A stretch of DNA of 64,000 nt from Macrostomum lignano. Lineage: Eukaryota. Under the pieces are notes generated by a model. The model ran no database searches, had not been told where the DNA came from, and saw only the letters and a list, made by a program, of their open reading frames with translations. The stretch's first letter is position 1. Each line of letters begins with the position of its first letter. Shown piece after piece: positions 51,270-61,248 of the stretch. The stretch lies in assembly GCA_002269645.1 (NCBI GenBank), contig NIVC01000268.1, positions 469,647-533,646 of the forward strand. The letters are read 5' to 3'. A program made the translations under genes and the position numbers.

Positions 51270-52874
51270 ATGCCTTCGAATTCATTAATCCGCTGCAGCT
51301 CGCATCGCTGCAAAACCAATTCTGTTGAAACTAGTCCATTAAGTGGACTACCTGTGTGCCAAATTCACCTGAACATGCACATCCAAACAGTCGACGAGAA
51401 GGTCACGCTGTTTCAAAAGCTTCAGTCAGTGATGGATCTGGATAACATGCATCTGCTGAGAGCCGAGCAGAGTTCGCTGGCTGCCGAACTACGGGAGGTC
51501 AACGACGCATTCGATAAATTGCAAGAGCAGGTGGAGCAGTGGCGGAAGCGAACGATAACTCGGCTGCAGGTGGCGCACGATTCTGTTGCGGAGAGAACAA
51601 GAGACGCAGCTGAGGCGGAAGAATTCTCCAAGGAATTGTCGAATGCCAGAGACTGGAAGAAAGTGATGGAGCTTACTTCTTCGTTGCTAACGCGCGTTGG
51701 TGAAGCGTTTGAACGTACCGAAAAGTTTAATCAAGCTCGGACTGATCTTTTCAGCCGTCAAAGCAAACAACAAAGCGTCAGCGATACTGCCAGTATGTTC
51801 AGTTCCAGGTCAGTAGGGGACGTATCGTCTGGTGTGCGCAATCTGCAGTTTCTTCTTGGCAGGCACATGGCTGAGTTGATGCGACAGTGCTGGCTTGACG
51901 TTGATAATTTAGAGTCGGCTGATTCAGATCAATCGGGTCAGATTTGTCAATCTGGTACTACTATCTATGGACTTATTGGGCGGCCAAAGTGCCTAACAGT
52001 TTGTACTAATACTGCAGGATTCGTGGGCGACTCGTCAAACTGCGTGGCTCGAGCTGGATCAGCTGATTCTGATTGCGTCCCGCTGCCGGAGCCCTGCATC
52101 TTTGTCGGTTGTCATGCTCACCGCAAGTTGTTGGACGGAAGTTTAGAAGTAGATCATATTATTGCCACGTCGCTTGATGGTTCTTTAAGACTGCAGTGTT
52201 ACATTCAATGCGATTTTGACTGGGAGCTCGGTATTCATGACCTACACTGCGACAGCCAAAAACAGCTTTTGTACGTTGTCCAGTCTCAGCTAATTACGGT
52301 TGTTGATTTTAGTGGTGTAGTGCAACAAATTATCGATGTAGAGATGTTTGGTAACATCGAGTTCTGCATCCTTGACGGCAACGCTGATGAGTTGATTACG
52401 AATTCTGACTCGTTAACATTTTTGACAATATCGAAGAATGATGTAGTATCGAAGCGCCACATCGAATCTTCCTCGTTGCGTTGTACACATTTGGGATCAT
52501 TTGCTGTCGATGGTAAAAAAATTCACGTCATTTATTACGTCGATAATAGGATCTATGCTGTGTGCAGCATTAGCGGCCAGTTGCTAAACGCCTACCCCTC
52601 TGCTAAGTATGACGTACTGGAACACTGGATGCCGTACAATATAGCTGTAGACAGCAGAGGCCTAAAATTTATTAGCTGCAAGAATCACGTTGTATGCGTC
52701 CTAGACTGTTTCGGGACCGTTTTGCAGACGCTAGGAACTGTAAACCAAGCTGGAGATTGCGAGGAAACCTTCAATATGCCCGACGCACTTCGCTTGATCG
52801 AAATGCCTGGTCGCAGATGGCTAGTTGTTTGTGACGAAAATAATCGACGCCTGCGAGTTTTTAGCGTTGCTTAG
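51270..52874 (+). CDS. Zn-finger/coiled-coil/NHL-like protein, paralog B, 534 aa
   Basis: Same architecture and shared blocks (AEQSSLAAEL, RSVGDVSSGV, VCTNTAGF, PLPEPC, LHCDS, SISGQLL, ETFNMPD...VCDENNRRLRVF). Confidence 0.85.
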   Translation: MPSNSLIRCSSHRCKTNSVETSPLSGLPVCQIHLNMHIQTVDEKVTLFQKLQSVMDLDNMHLLRAEQSSLAAELREVNDAFDKLQEQVEQWRKRTITRLQVAHDSVAERTRDAAEAEEFSKELSNARDWKKVMELTSSLLTRVGEAFERTEKFNQARTDLFSRQSKQQSVSDTASMFSSRSVGDVSSGVRNLQFLLGRHMAELMRQCWLDVDNLESADSDQSGQICQSGTTIYGLIGRPKCLTVCTNTAGFVGDSSNCVARAGSADSDCVPLPEPCIFVGCHAHRKLLDGSLEVDHIIATSLDGSLRLQCYIQCDFDWELGIHDLHCDSQKQLLYVVQSQLITVVDFSGVVQQIIDVEMFGNIEFCILDGNADELITNSDSLTFLTISKNDVVSKRHIESSSLRCTHLGSFAVDGKKIHVIYYVDNRIYAVCSISGQLLNAYPSAKYDVLEHWMPYNIAVDSRGLKFISCKNHVVCVLDCFGTVLQTLGTVNQAGDCEETFNMPDALRLIEMPGRRWLVVCDENNRRLRVFSVA

Positions 52875-53987
52875 ATACTTGAACTGTTTGCAGTTGAGAC
52901 TTTCTTCGAATTTCATTTGCTAAGTACCGCATCATTGTCGCTATCCCTTTCATGCAAACATTGCATTTGTTATAGTTTGCTTTTAAATTTGACTTTAACA
53001 AACTCAACGAGCTGTCATTTTCTACCAGGATGCTTCTGGGTCTTTGAGGTAATCTCAGAACGCATTTTGGGTATTATTTTTGGGGCATGCTATGCAAATA
53101 CACTCAGCAACATTTTAAAGTTTTCATTAGTTTATTAGGACTGAGAACTGAGAGTGGAAGCCTTAATCCAACTCTAGCCATAACTCTCCACTATCTCCTC
53201 AGCAGCCTAAGCTGGGGCCTTGTGACGGGAATCGCTTCGCCCAAAGTTAAGACGAGAAAAAGTTTACCACTGATTTCAGGATATAAACTTGACGTGTTGC
53301 TCAGTGTCGTTACTTCTATGTCTGGTTGAAACTCTTTATTACCCGTTTTTAAGGAGTAAGCAGTCAAAAGGACTCTAACTTTGATATACTTTACTAGATT
53401 TTAGCGCTTATAGCTATCTAATTTTCTGTCAAATAGCTACTCGTGTGTAAAGTTTAAAATAATCTCCTTTAAGGTAGTTACCCTGTTTAAAAACCTTGAT
53501 AAGCAATAAATGCTATGCAATTTTAACAAAGTTTAACGAAAGTTTATTCCCTCGTGTATATTATATTTTGCTTTGAATTTTAAAGCAAGTATTGTTTTTT
53601 ACTTCCATGTAGTTTTTTCTAAAAATTTTTCCTGCTAGCCAGTTTCACCAGCATTTTACTTTGTAACTATTTTGTGTTACGTTTATTATTATTTCAGTCC
53701 CTATTTGTTTAGGATTACTTCCTATGTCTTCAACGACTTTCTTTTGCCTTTTTATATCGAATTACATGATCACGACGAGAAAGAAAAAAATTAATATATT
53801 TTTTATGGTGTCTCTGGATATACGCTCGTATATAATAGTTTATGGTATAACTGTTTTTACTTTTGCTGTGTGCTAATATATATGTACAAGTAGAAATTCC
53901 AGCTGCAATTAAGTTGACTATAGTAATTATCTGGTAAAATTTTACGCCTACCTGTTGACTATTGGCGGTTGAGTATTAAGCGTAGTA

Positions 53988-54631
53988 TGTGACAGTGTGA
54001 TTCGTAGAATCGCGTGTATCGTATTTCTTTATTTTCATATGCATACCGTATTCTTTCATTTATTTTAACAATATTCGTACGTATTATTATCGCGCTATTT
54101 TTACTGTTAATTGCTTTGTTTTTTGTAGCCTCTTATGTATTTATTCTATTATTTGTATTTCATTCATATCGTTATTATTTATCGTAAAGTAGTCCTACCT
54201 ATGTACATGTACTGACGTATGTTATTCTTGTATGATATTTATCGATTAATTTGTACATGTACATTTCGCCTGAGTGGGGTTTGTCTGGTTTTTGGATTAA
54301 GCTTGTTATCTTGTTTACTCACCAATTATAAAAATACACTTGCAGTCAGCGGCCGCTCTCTCCTTTTGCTTCGTCGCTTCGCTTCTCGCTCTAAGCTTGC
54401 GGGTCCCTTAGCTGTCTGGCCTCTTTACCTTAACCCTCTACCGCCTGCCTCAGCCCACCCGCCAATCAACTGAATCCTGACCGGCCCTTGCTAGGCGCAT
54501 CAAATTAAGTACCAATCCAAATATACTAAATCTGCAAATTCACGCTAAGGATAAAATCGGCTGCTGATCTGCTGGATCGTAGATTAATCCCAATTATCCG
54601 CTACACAAAGTCTTCCGCTTTATTCGTCACA
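53988..54631 (+). repeat. 5' LTR
   Basis: TG...CA; no difference from the 3' LTR found by eye. Confidence 0.96.
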
Positions 54632-54637
54632 TAAATT

Positions 54638-54654
54638 TGGAGGTCCCACCGAGA
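54638..54654 (+). promoter_or_regulatory. Primer-binding site complementary to the tRNA-Gln 3' end
   Basis: TGGAGGTCCCACCGAGA is the reverse complement of TCTCGGTGGGACCTCCA, the 3' end of metazoan tRNA-Gln as I recall it; 6 nt downstream of the LTR. Confidence 0.85.
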
Positions 54655-54723
54655 CTCAACTCGACCCGCACGGCTCCTCGGAGGTCTTAGATCACCCATC
54701 TGCCTATTTGCGTTGTTATTTGT

Positions 54724-54940
54724 GGCGATCTGCAACGTTCTGCGACGATCTGCGACGATCTGCGGCGATCTGTGGCGATCTGCGGCGATCTGCGACGATC
54801 TGCGGCGATCTGTGGCGATCTGCGACGTTCTGCGGCGATCTGCGACGATCTGCGGCGATCTGAGACGATCTGCGGCGATCTGCAGCGACCTGCGACGATT
54901 TCTGGCGATCCGCGGTGAGCTGAGGCGATCTGCTATCTGC
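54724..54940. repeat. 10-bp tandem repeat in the retrotransposon leader
   Basis: (G/A)CGATCTGCG-type unit, about 20 copies. Confidence 0.9.
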
Positions 54941-55270
54941 AAGTGGCCCAAAGACGATCTACATCGGCCGGAGCGATCTGCACATCGGCCGAGACGCAGT
55001 CTGCATCCGCCAGAGGCCATCTACGACTGTCCGAGCGACGATACCAGCTAAGCCCGCAATCACGTTTCGTAAACCGGTATGAATCCCTCTGTGTGTGTCT
55101 TTTAGGGCTCTTGTCTGGCAGGTTAGCATTTGGTTTGCGTGATTTTAGTTTAGATTCTTTAGGTTGGGCATTAGGTCCTGCCAGACACTGTGTGCTTTTG
55201 CTTTTGTTCTTCTCTCGTTTTCCGCTTTCTCTCTCTTTCTTGCTGCCTTCTCTTCGTTGCCGAGCCGATC

Positions 55271-56785
55271 ATGAGTGACCGCGAGGACAGGAGTGCCACT
55301 GCTGGCTCTCCAAATCCAGACGCTTCTGCTCAGGAAAGAAAGTTTGTGTCAAGCAACACTACAGACTCAGAGCCACTCCTTGCTAGTACCATTGCCGCAC
55401 TGCACCGGTTGTTAGAAAATCAATTCTCAAGAGAGTCCCGTTCTCAATCGTTCTACCAGAGTCAACAGAAGGAAACAGCTACAGGCATTAAGCTTCGGCC
55501 GCCACCGTTGTTCACTTGCACCACGAAGTTTGATGCCTGGGAAGCTCAGTTCAATGCCTACATTGAAGCTCATAGGGTTCCTCACTTTCAACAGACTTCA
55601 GTCCTGCTGTCCCTTCTGGCACCAGAATGCCAGGAGTACTTTCTAAATAACAATCTCACGGACCAGACCTGTGAAGAGGCACTGAAGTCTATGAGAGCGC
55701 GTTACACTGACTCTAACGTTAGGGAGAAAAGTTATATGGAACTAGTTGCCGCTCACCAGAACAGCACCGAATCGATTGCCGAGTTTTACGATAGGTTAGC
55801 ATCTTATGCCCGGTTAGCAGACCTCTCATCAACCGAAGCTGAACCTTTATTACGAGCGAGGCTGTGCCATGGCATTCGGGATAAGGTGCTCGCAGAAAAA
55901 CTCTTGCTTTGGAGCAGTGATGCAGGGGTGAGTGATGAGTCTAGTGGGGCAAAGGCTAAGACTGTCCCGTCTGCCGAGTTGGTTAAGAAGGCCAAGGAGA
56001 TCGTTGGTATTCAGCAACTTCTGCAACCCGCTCCAAACTCCTCTGCGAATATCCGTGTCCTTGAAACCGAGAAGGCGTCTCTGGAGGCAAGAGTAGAAGA
56101 GCTAGAGAGACTCCTTCGACTCCAGAACCAGGCTGGAGTTTCCAAGCCTGTTGCTGTCAACCAACCACAACCATCTAACAAGTCAATCCAAAATTCAAAC
56201 CAACACAAGCCACATAACAAGCACAAGAATAAACAACCGCCAAATCACGGGGCAACTCAGCGATTTGGTACAGCGGTGTCCAGATCAAGGAAATGCTACA
56301 GGTGCGGTGGTGAGGACCATTTCATTGCCGACTGTCCCATCACACCATCACCTCCAATAGCTCACCAGACCGCTTCTAAGAGTCATCCTCCAAATAATCA
56401 GGCCCAGCATATGTCGGAGGTTGGTTCAATTGTTTCCTGGAAGGGGAACTTCGGGTTCATTCAATCAGAACAACTTCCCGACCAGCTCTTCTTTCACCGT
56501 GGTGAGCTGTCTGAATCCTTGAACCGTTCCGCTGACCAACATCAACTCGTAGGCACAAGAGTCCAATTCCATCGGAAAATTGACTCGGGCAAGAAGCGCG
56601 ATCAGGCTTGTGGGGTAAGGCCAATTCCATCGATCAATCAGACACATTTAGGCCAAACTAGTTCCGATGAGCCTGCGGTGGATTCCAGCTTCTTTGTCCA
56701 GTTGCGAATCGGGGACAACCAAGTTATGGCTTGCCTTGACTCGGGGGCAAACGCCAGCGTGATGGGGAAGCAAGCCATGGAGTGA
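55271..56785 (+). CDS. gag: Gag with CCHC zinc knuckle, cold-shock domain and first half of the aspartic protease (ends at an in-frame TGA)
   Basis: ATG 55271; CA-like region; CYRCGGEDHFIADC (56294-56335); WKGNFGFIQ...LFFH...VGTRVQF (56414-56626); LDSGA protease motif. Confidence 0.9.
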   Translation: MSDREDRSATAGSPNPDASAQERKFVSSNTTDSEPLLASTIAALHRLLENQFSRESRSQSFYQSQQKETATGIKLRPPPLFTCTTKFDAWEAQFNAYIEAHRVPHFQQTSVLLSLLAPECQEYFLNNNLTDQTCEEALKSMRARYTDSNVREKSYMELVAAHQNSTESIAEFYDRLASYARLADLSSTEAEPLLRARLCHGIRDKVLAEKLLLWSSDAGVSDESSGAKAKTVPSAELVKKAKEIVGIQQLLQPAPNSSANIRVLETEKASLEARVEELERLLRLQNQAGVSKPVAVNQPQPSNKSIQNSNQHKPHNKHKNKQPPNHGATQRFGTAVSRSRKCYRCGGEDHFIADCPITPSPPIAHQTASKSHPPNNQAQHMSEVGSIVSWKGNFGFIQSEQLPDQLFFHRGELSESLNRSADQHQLVGTRVQFHRKIDSGKKRDQACGVRPIPSINQTHLGQTSSDEPAVDSSFFVQLRIGDNQVMACLDSGANASVMGKQAME

Positions 56786-59700
56786 CTGGTTGAAGCCGAT
56801 CCGATCAACAACATCTTTTCGCCAGCGCACAAAGACGCAAAGGCAACGGCTTTCAACGGGTCCATCACCCAGATTTTAGGCTCTTTACGTTGCGAAGTGG
56901 AACTAGGCAAGATTAAAAAACATCACGTTTTCCTTGTGACCGAAGAATCCACTGCTGAATCGCTCTTAGGTATTGATTTCCTCCGTGGTTTCCAGGTGCT
57001 GCTGGATTTCACCTGTGGCCAGGTACTCGTGGCCGGTGGAGCAGTGCCTGTGATCGAGGGCGATAAGGGGGTGTTTCGCATACGCCGTGTATTGGCTGCT
57101 TGTACCTCTGAGCTACCACCTCACTCGGAAACCCTAGTGCCGAGTCGAGTGATTGACACTGTGCCAAACCTGAGTGGCACAGTCTCCTCTAAACTTTTCA
57201 ATACAGACTCAGAATTTTTTGTAGCTAGGTCAGTGGATAGAGTCAGCCCGACGAATCACGTGTTAGTCCGATTGCTAAATAGTAGCGATCAACCAGCTAG
57301 GATTGAGCGTGACCAAGAGATTGCATCTTTTCAAGAGCTCGGTCATGGAGAAGTTGTAGTACCAACTGCTCTGTCTGAGAAGGATTTTTCCATAGACAAC
57401 TGCAATCTCCTCAATAGTAAGCTTTCAAGATTACCACCACCAGAAAAAGGTACAGCAGAATGGCTTGTGAAACAGTTCCGACTCGACCAGTCCAGTCTGA
57501 CTCCAAATCAATTAGCCCTAACTTTGCGCATGCTTAATTACTTTTTAAGCCAGATCTCGCAGGATGATAGTGATCTCGGTCGAACAAAGCTACATGAAAT
57601 GTCAATCGATCTGATTGACAAGGACAGTCGTCCGGTTCTGCTCGCTTCGAGGAGAACAACTCCAGCTCAAAAGGAGTTTTTAGATCAACATATTAGTCAA
57701 TTGCTCAAGCAGGATGTAATTGAAGAGTGTGATTCAGACTGGGTATCACCGATAGTGTTAGTTAAGAAGAAAGATGGGTCTCAGAGACTATGTATTGACT
57801 ACCGAGCTGTAAACAAGTTAATTAGACCGTGTAGTTTTCCATTGCCATTAATTGAAGAGTCGTTTGACAGCCTGGCTGGTTCTTCGGTGTTCAGCAGCCT
57901 TGATTTAACCTCTGCCTATTGGCAGGTGGGAATCAAAGAAGAAGACAGAGATTTTACAGCTTTCTCTTGTCCACAGGGCACGTTTCGTTGGAAAGTAATA
58001 CCATTCGGAATCAAAACAGCCCCAGCGAATTTCGCTAAATTAATGCACAAGGTATTTCAACCATTGCTTATGAAAGTTAGCCTAATTTACCTCGATGATA
58101 TAATAATAAAAGCACAGAATAATGACCAAATGATCGCGCACCTAGCGCTGGTGCTTTGGCAACTTCGCAAGGCCAATCTGAAGATTAAACCTGCGAAGTG
58201 TGAGCTATTTAAAGATAGAGTTAAGTTCTTAGGGTTCATAGTCTCGTCTAACGGTATCGAAGCCGACCCAGCCAAGACTCGAGCGGTCCAAGAGTGGTGT
58301 AGACCGAAAGACAAGAAACAGTTAATGGCGTTTCTTGGCTTTGCCAACTATTATAGGAAATTCGTACAACGATTCTCAGTTATTGCCACGCCGCTGTACG
58401 CGCTGGCTAAAGGTTCGGAAAAGTTCGTGTGGTTAGAACGCCACGAACGCGCATTCCAAGAACTCAAGCGCTGTTTGTGCAACCCACCGGTATTAGCGTA
58501 TCCGGACTTGTCTCCCGACAGTCGTGGGTTCGTGCTCGACTGCGACAGTTCACTTGAAGGAGTTGGCGGCGTGCTATCTCAGATAGGCCCAGATGGGTCA
58601 GAACAAGTCGTTGCGTACGCATCTAAGAAATTTTCACAGAGTCAGTCGAACTATTGTGCAACCATGCGCGAGTTACTAGGGTTAGTACTCATGCTAGAAC
58701 ACTTTCGTACATATCTGTTAGATCGACCTTTCACAGTCAGAGTGGATGCCGCAGCCCTGCAGTGGCTTCATTCTAAGAAACATGCCACAGGCATGCTCGC
58801 GCAGTGGCTCGCGACCATAGATTTGTACGAATTCAAGATCGAACAGTCAGCTCTTGAAAGAGTCGGAGAATACGACTTTGAGGTCCAGTACCGGCCAGGG
58901 AAAGACCATGTGGCGGCAGATATGCTGAGCCGAAATCCTCGCTTTCGTGCCGATCACTTCGACTGTCCGTCATGCAGCATGGTACCTGAATTTCAAGAGA
59001 AATTTAAAAGCGAGAAAGCTAAAAAGTCAGCATCAGTTAACATCAGAAGGCAACAAGTTGACGCCGCAGTGCAATGCTCTGTAGCGGACGTATGTTGCCA
59101 GACAGACTCGCCTGTCACGAGCTGTCACAATATCGAAACAGTAGTAACATCAGCCTGTCAAACCGAGAAATTCACAAGCAACACATCAACACAGTGCACA
59201 TTTTTCACTACAGTTCCGGTCACAGAGGCCGCTGTCGAAGCGACAATGCCAATCGAAACGTCTCGACTAGCAGTCAGGGTAGCTGAAGTCGAACAATCGG
59301 CATCCAGCGAATCCTCAGTCGAGTCAGTTGACCCGGAACTAGAATGGGCACGTGAATCACAAGAGACTTGCGTTGACATCGCTCAGCTGATCGATTGCGT
59401 GCAGGGCCGTACAGAAAAGCCTCCTAAGGCTAGCCTGCAGAGTTGCAGTCGTGAAGTTAGAATCTTGTGGTCGCTGTTCGATGAACTGAAAGTCGAAAAT
59501 GGGCTCTTATATCACCTTAAGCCGAAAAAGAACAAAAAATCAGTCAATAAGCTGTTAGTGATTCCAGAGACCGCAGATGTTGTCGAGTTGGTGTCAAAAT
59601 ACCACCGACAGCTCAATCACTGCGGCATCACAAAAACCCTGACAGCTATTCGATCTCGTTTCGCCATCGCCGACCTAGAAACTTATGTCAAGGGAATCAT

Positions 59701-59794
59701 AGCTGAGTGTGACGTCTGCGCCAGAACAAAAAAGTCAAAACTGAAGCATAAAGCCCCGCTGCAGCCCGAACTCTCGGCTACCCGGGCCAGGTAG
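56786..59794 (+). CDS. pol: Pol (protease C-half, RT, RNase H, integrase HHCC), same frame as gag
   Basis: LLGIDFL; RLCIDYR, YWQV, PFG, YLDDIII; RNase H D...ELLG...ADMLSR; YHRQLNHCG...CDVC. Confidence 0.95.
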   Translation: MVEADPINNIFSPAHKDAKATAFNGSITQILGSLRCEVELGKIKKHHVFLVTEESTAESLLGIDFLRGFQVLLDFTCGQVLVAGGAVPVIEGDKGVFRIRRVLAACTSELPPHSETLVPSRVIDTVPNLSGTVSSKLFNTDSEFFVARSVDRVSPTNHVLVRLLNSSDQPARIERDQEIASFQELGHGEVVVPTALSEKDFSIDNCNLLNSKLSRLPPPEKGTAEWLVKQFRLDQSSLTPNQLALTLRMLNYFLSQISQDDSDLGRTKLHEMSIDLIDKDSRPVLLASRRTTPAQKEFLDQHISQLLKQDVIEECDSDWVSPIVLVKKKDGSQRLCIDYRAVNKLIRPCSFPLPLIEESFDSLAGSSVFSSLDLTSAYWQVGIKEEDRDFTAFSCPQGTFRWKVIPFGIKTAPANFAKLMHKVFQPLLMKVSLIYLDDIIIKAQNNDQMIAHLALVLWQLRKANLKIKPAKCELFKDRVKFLGFIVSSNGIEADPAKTRAVQEWCRPKDKKQLMAFLGFANYYRKFVQRFSVIATPLYALAKGSEKFVWLERHERAFQELKRCLCNPPVLAYPDLSPDSRGFVLDCDSSLEGVGGVLSQIGPDGSEQVVAYASKKFSQSQSNYCATMRELLGLVLMLEHFRTYLLDRPFTVRVDAAALQWLHSKKHATGMLAQWLATIDLYEFKIEQSALERVGEYDFEVQYRPGKDHVAADMLSRNPRFRADHFDCPSCSMVPEFQEKFKSEKAKKSASVNIRRQQVDAAVQCSVADVCCQTDSPVTSCHNIETVVTSACQTEKFTSNTSTQCTFFTTVPVTEAAVEATMPIETSRLAVRVAEVEQSASSESSVESVDPELEWARESQETCVDIAQLIDCVQGRTEKPPKASLQSCSREVRILWSLFDELKVENGLLYHLKPKKNKKSVNKLLVIPETADVVELVSKYHRQLNHCGITKTLTAIRSRFAIADLETYVKGIIAECDVCARTKKSKLKHKAPLQPELSATRAR

Positions 59795-61248
59795 TCCACG
59801 TTGATCACGCTGGTCCGTTTCCCGAGCAAGCAGGATATAGGTACTTGCTCGTGATGGTTGACCGATTTTCGGGTTTTGTAGAGGTCATTCCCGTAGCCGA
59901 TGTCTCAGCGGAAACGACTGCAGTCAATATCCTGACCGAATGGATCGCGAGATACGGGTGCATGGAACAGATAGTCTCGGACAACGGTACAGCCTTTGTC
60001 AACAGCACCGTATCTGAGCTCACTCGACTTCTCGAGGTGGACATGGCGCGTGTCACAGCACGACGTCCACAAGCGAACGGGAAGGTTGAGCGAATGATAC
60101 AGACAGTTAAAGGTCAGATTCGTGCTATTTGCTTGGATCGGCAGTTCGATTGGCCTCTTGCAGCCCGGCTAGCAGCTCTCTCGATTCGGGCAACAGTCGC
60201 CGAATCCACTGGATTTTCTCCCGCAAAGATCTTCTTTGGACACGAGCTAAATCTGCCACTGGATCTCGTTCATAATCCACCAGTTCAAGATAGGTACAGA
60301 CCTGAACTGTATGCACATTATCTGCACCAGACGCTCGTGGAGGTATCAGCGGCTGCGCGCCATGCCCGTGGAAAGGCCCAAGAGCGCCAAAAGCGCTACT
60401 ATGACCGCAGCGCGCTGAACTCTAACTTCGAGATAGGCGATCTTGTATGGGTCCTCAACGCCGACCATCGTGGCCTCGACAGTGCTGTCTGGTTTGGACC
60501 ATACAAGGTGGTGCAAAAGATTTCGGAGAGGAATTACAGACTCATTCCAGAATTCGCTAGAATAAATCCTTTGGAGCGCATTCCCAACCCGTCTCACAAT
60601 GTGTACAATGTCGATCGGATGAAGCGCTGTGTGCGCAAACAGACTTATGAAGATGTTGTGGACAGGTACGGGACTCGCATGCCAGCCAGAATGCCGTCGT
60701 CAAGAGTAGGCTTGCGAGGAGACGACCAGTCTACCTGGTTGTCTTCGTGCTCCATCAACGGTTCCAATCAAAGTGCTGCGACTCAACCGCTCCAGGTATC
60801 AGAAAGTGCGTCATCAGCGCTTGTGGATGAGTCCCAGCAGGTTACCACAGTTGCCACTCCCGACCTGCCAGTTGCAGTGCCACCCCCGCCGATGGAGCCC
60901 TTGGAAGGAGAGGCGGGAGTAATCGATGAAGGTGATCCGCACGAGGTTTCGAACGGTAAACAGAGTGGCAGAGCTGTGTTCGATGAAAATGGCGATCTGT
61001 TGGAGGAGGCGGCAGAAGATGTCACCGAGGAGCAAGCTCCGGCTGAAGACAGTCCCGTTAGGGGGGAAGCCGGTATGCCGGTAGAAGCCATCGAGGATCC
61101 TGACAGTGAGACCACGATGGAAGCTGTCGCTCCACAAGAACAGATTGACGCCATTTCCTTGCCTCAATCGACACAGACGACTAGATCCGGAAGGATTGTT
61201 ACCAAACCGGCACGTTTTCGAAATTTTCTAGCACAGCTATTTAATTAA
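59776..61248 (+). CDS. pol: Integrase catalytic core and C-terminus (frameshifted relative to pol)
   Basis: GYPGQVVHVDHAGPF...SDNG...KVER (D,D35E), GPY motif, acidic/Pro tail ending TRSGRIVTKPARF; no chromodomain. Confidence 0.93.
   Translation, partial: GYPGQVVHVDHAGPFPEQAGYRYLLVMVDRFSGFVEVIPVADVSAETTAVNILTEWIARYGCMEQIVSDNGTAFVNSTVSELTRLLEVDMARVTARRPQANGKVERMIQTVKGQIRAICLDRQFDWPLAARLAALSIRATVAESTGFSPAKIFFGHELNLPLDLVHNPPVQDRYRPELYAHYLHQTLVEVSAAARHARGKAQERQKRYYDRSALNSNFEIGDLVWVLNADHRGLDSAVWFGPYKVVQKISERNYRLIPEFARINPLERIPNPSHNVYNVDRMKRCVRKQTYEDVVDRYGTRMPARMPSSRVGLRGDDQSTWLSSCSINGSNQSAATQPLQVSESASSALVDESQQVTTVATPDLPVAVPPPPMEPLEGEAGVIDEGDPHEVSNGKQSGRAVFDENGDLLEEAAEDVTEEQAPAEDSPVRGEAGMPVEAIEDPDSETTMEAVAPQEQIDAISLPQSTQTTRSGRIVTKPARFRNFLAQLFN

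Noticed and set aside
54219-54473. 84-aa ORF duplicated at 62412-62666
   Set aside because: Lies inside the LTRs, has low-complexity composition, and is duplicated only because the LTR is.
55190-55270. Hydrophobic N-terminal extension of the gag ORF (GTG start)
   Set aside because: A pyrimidine-rich leader read from a non-ATG start; ATG 55271 is the plausible start.
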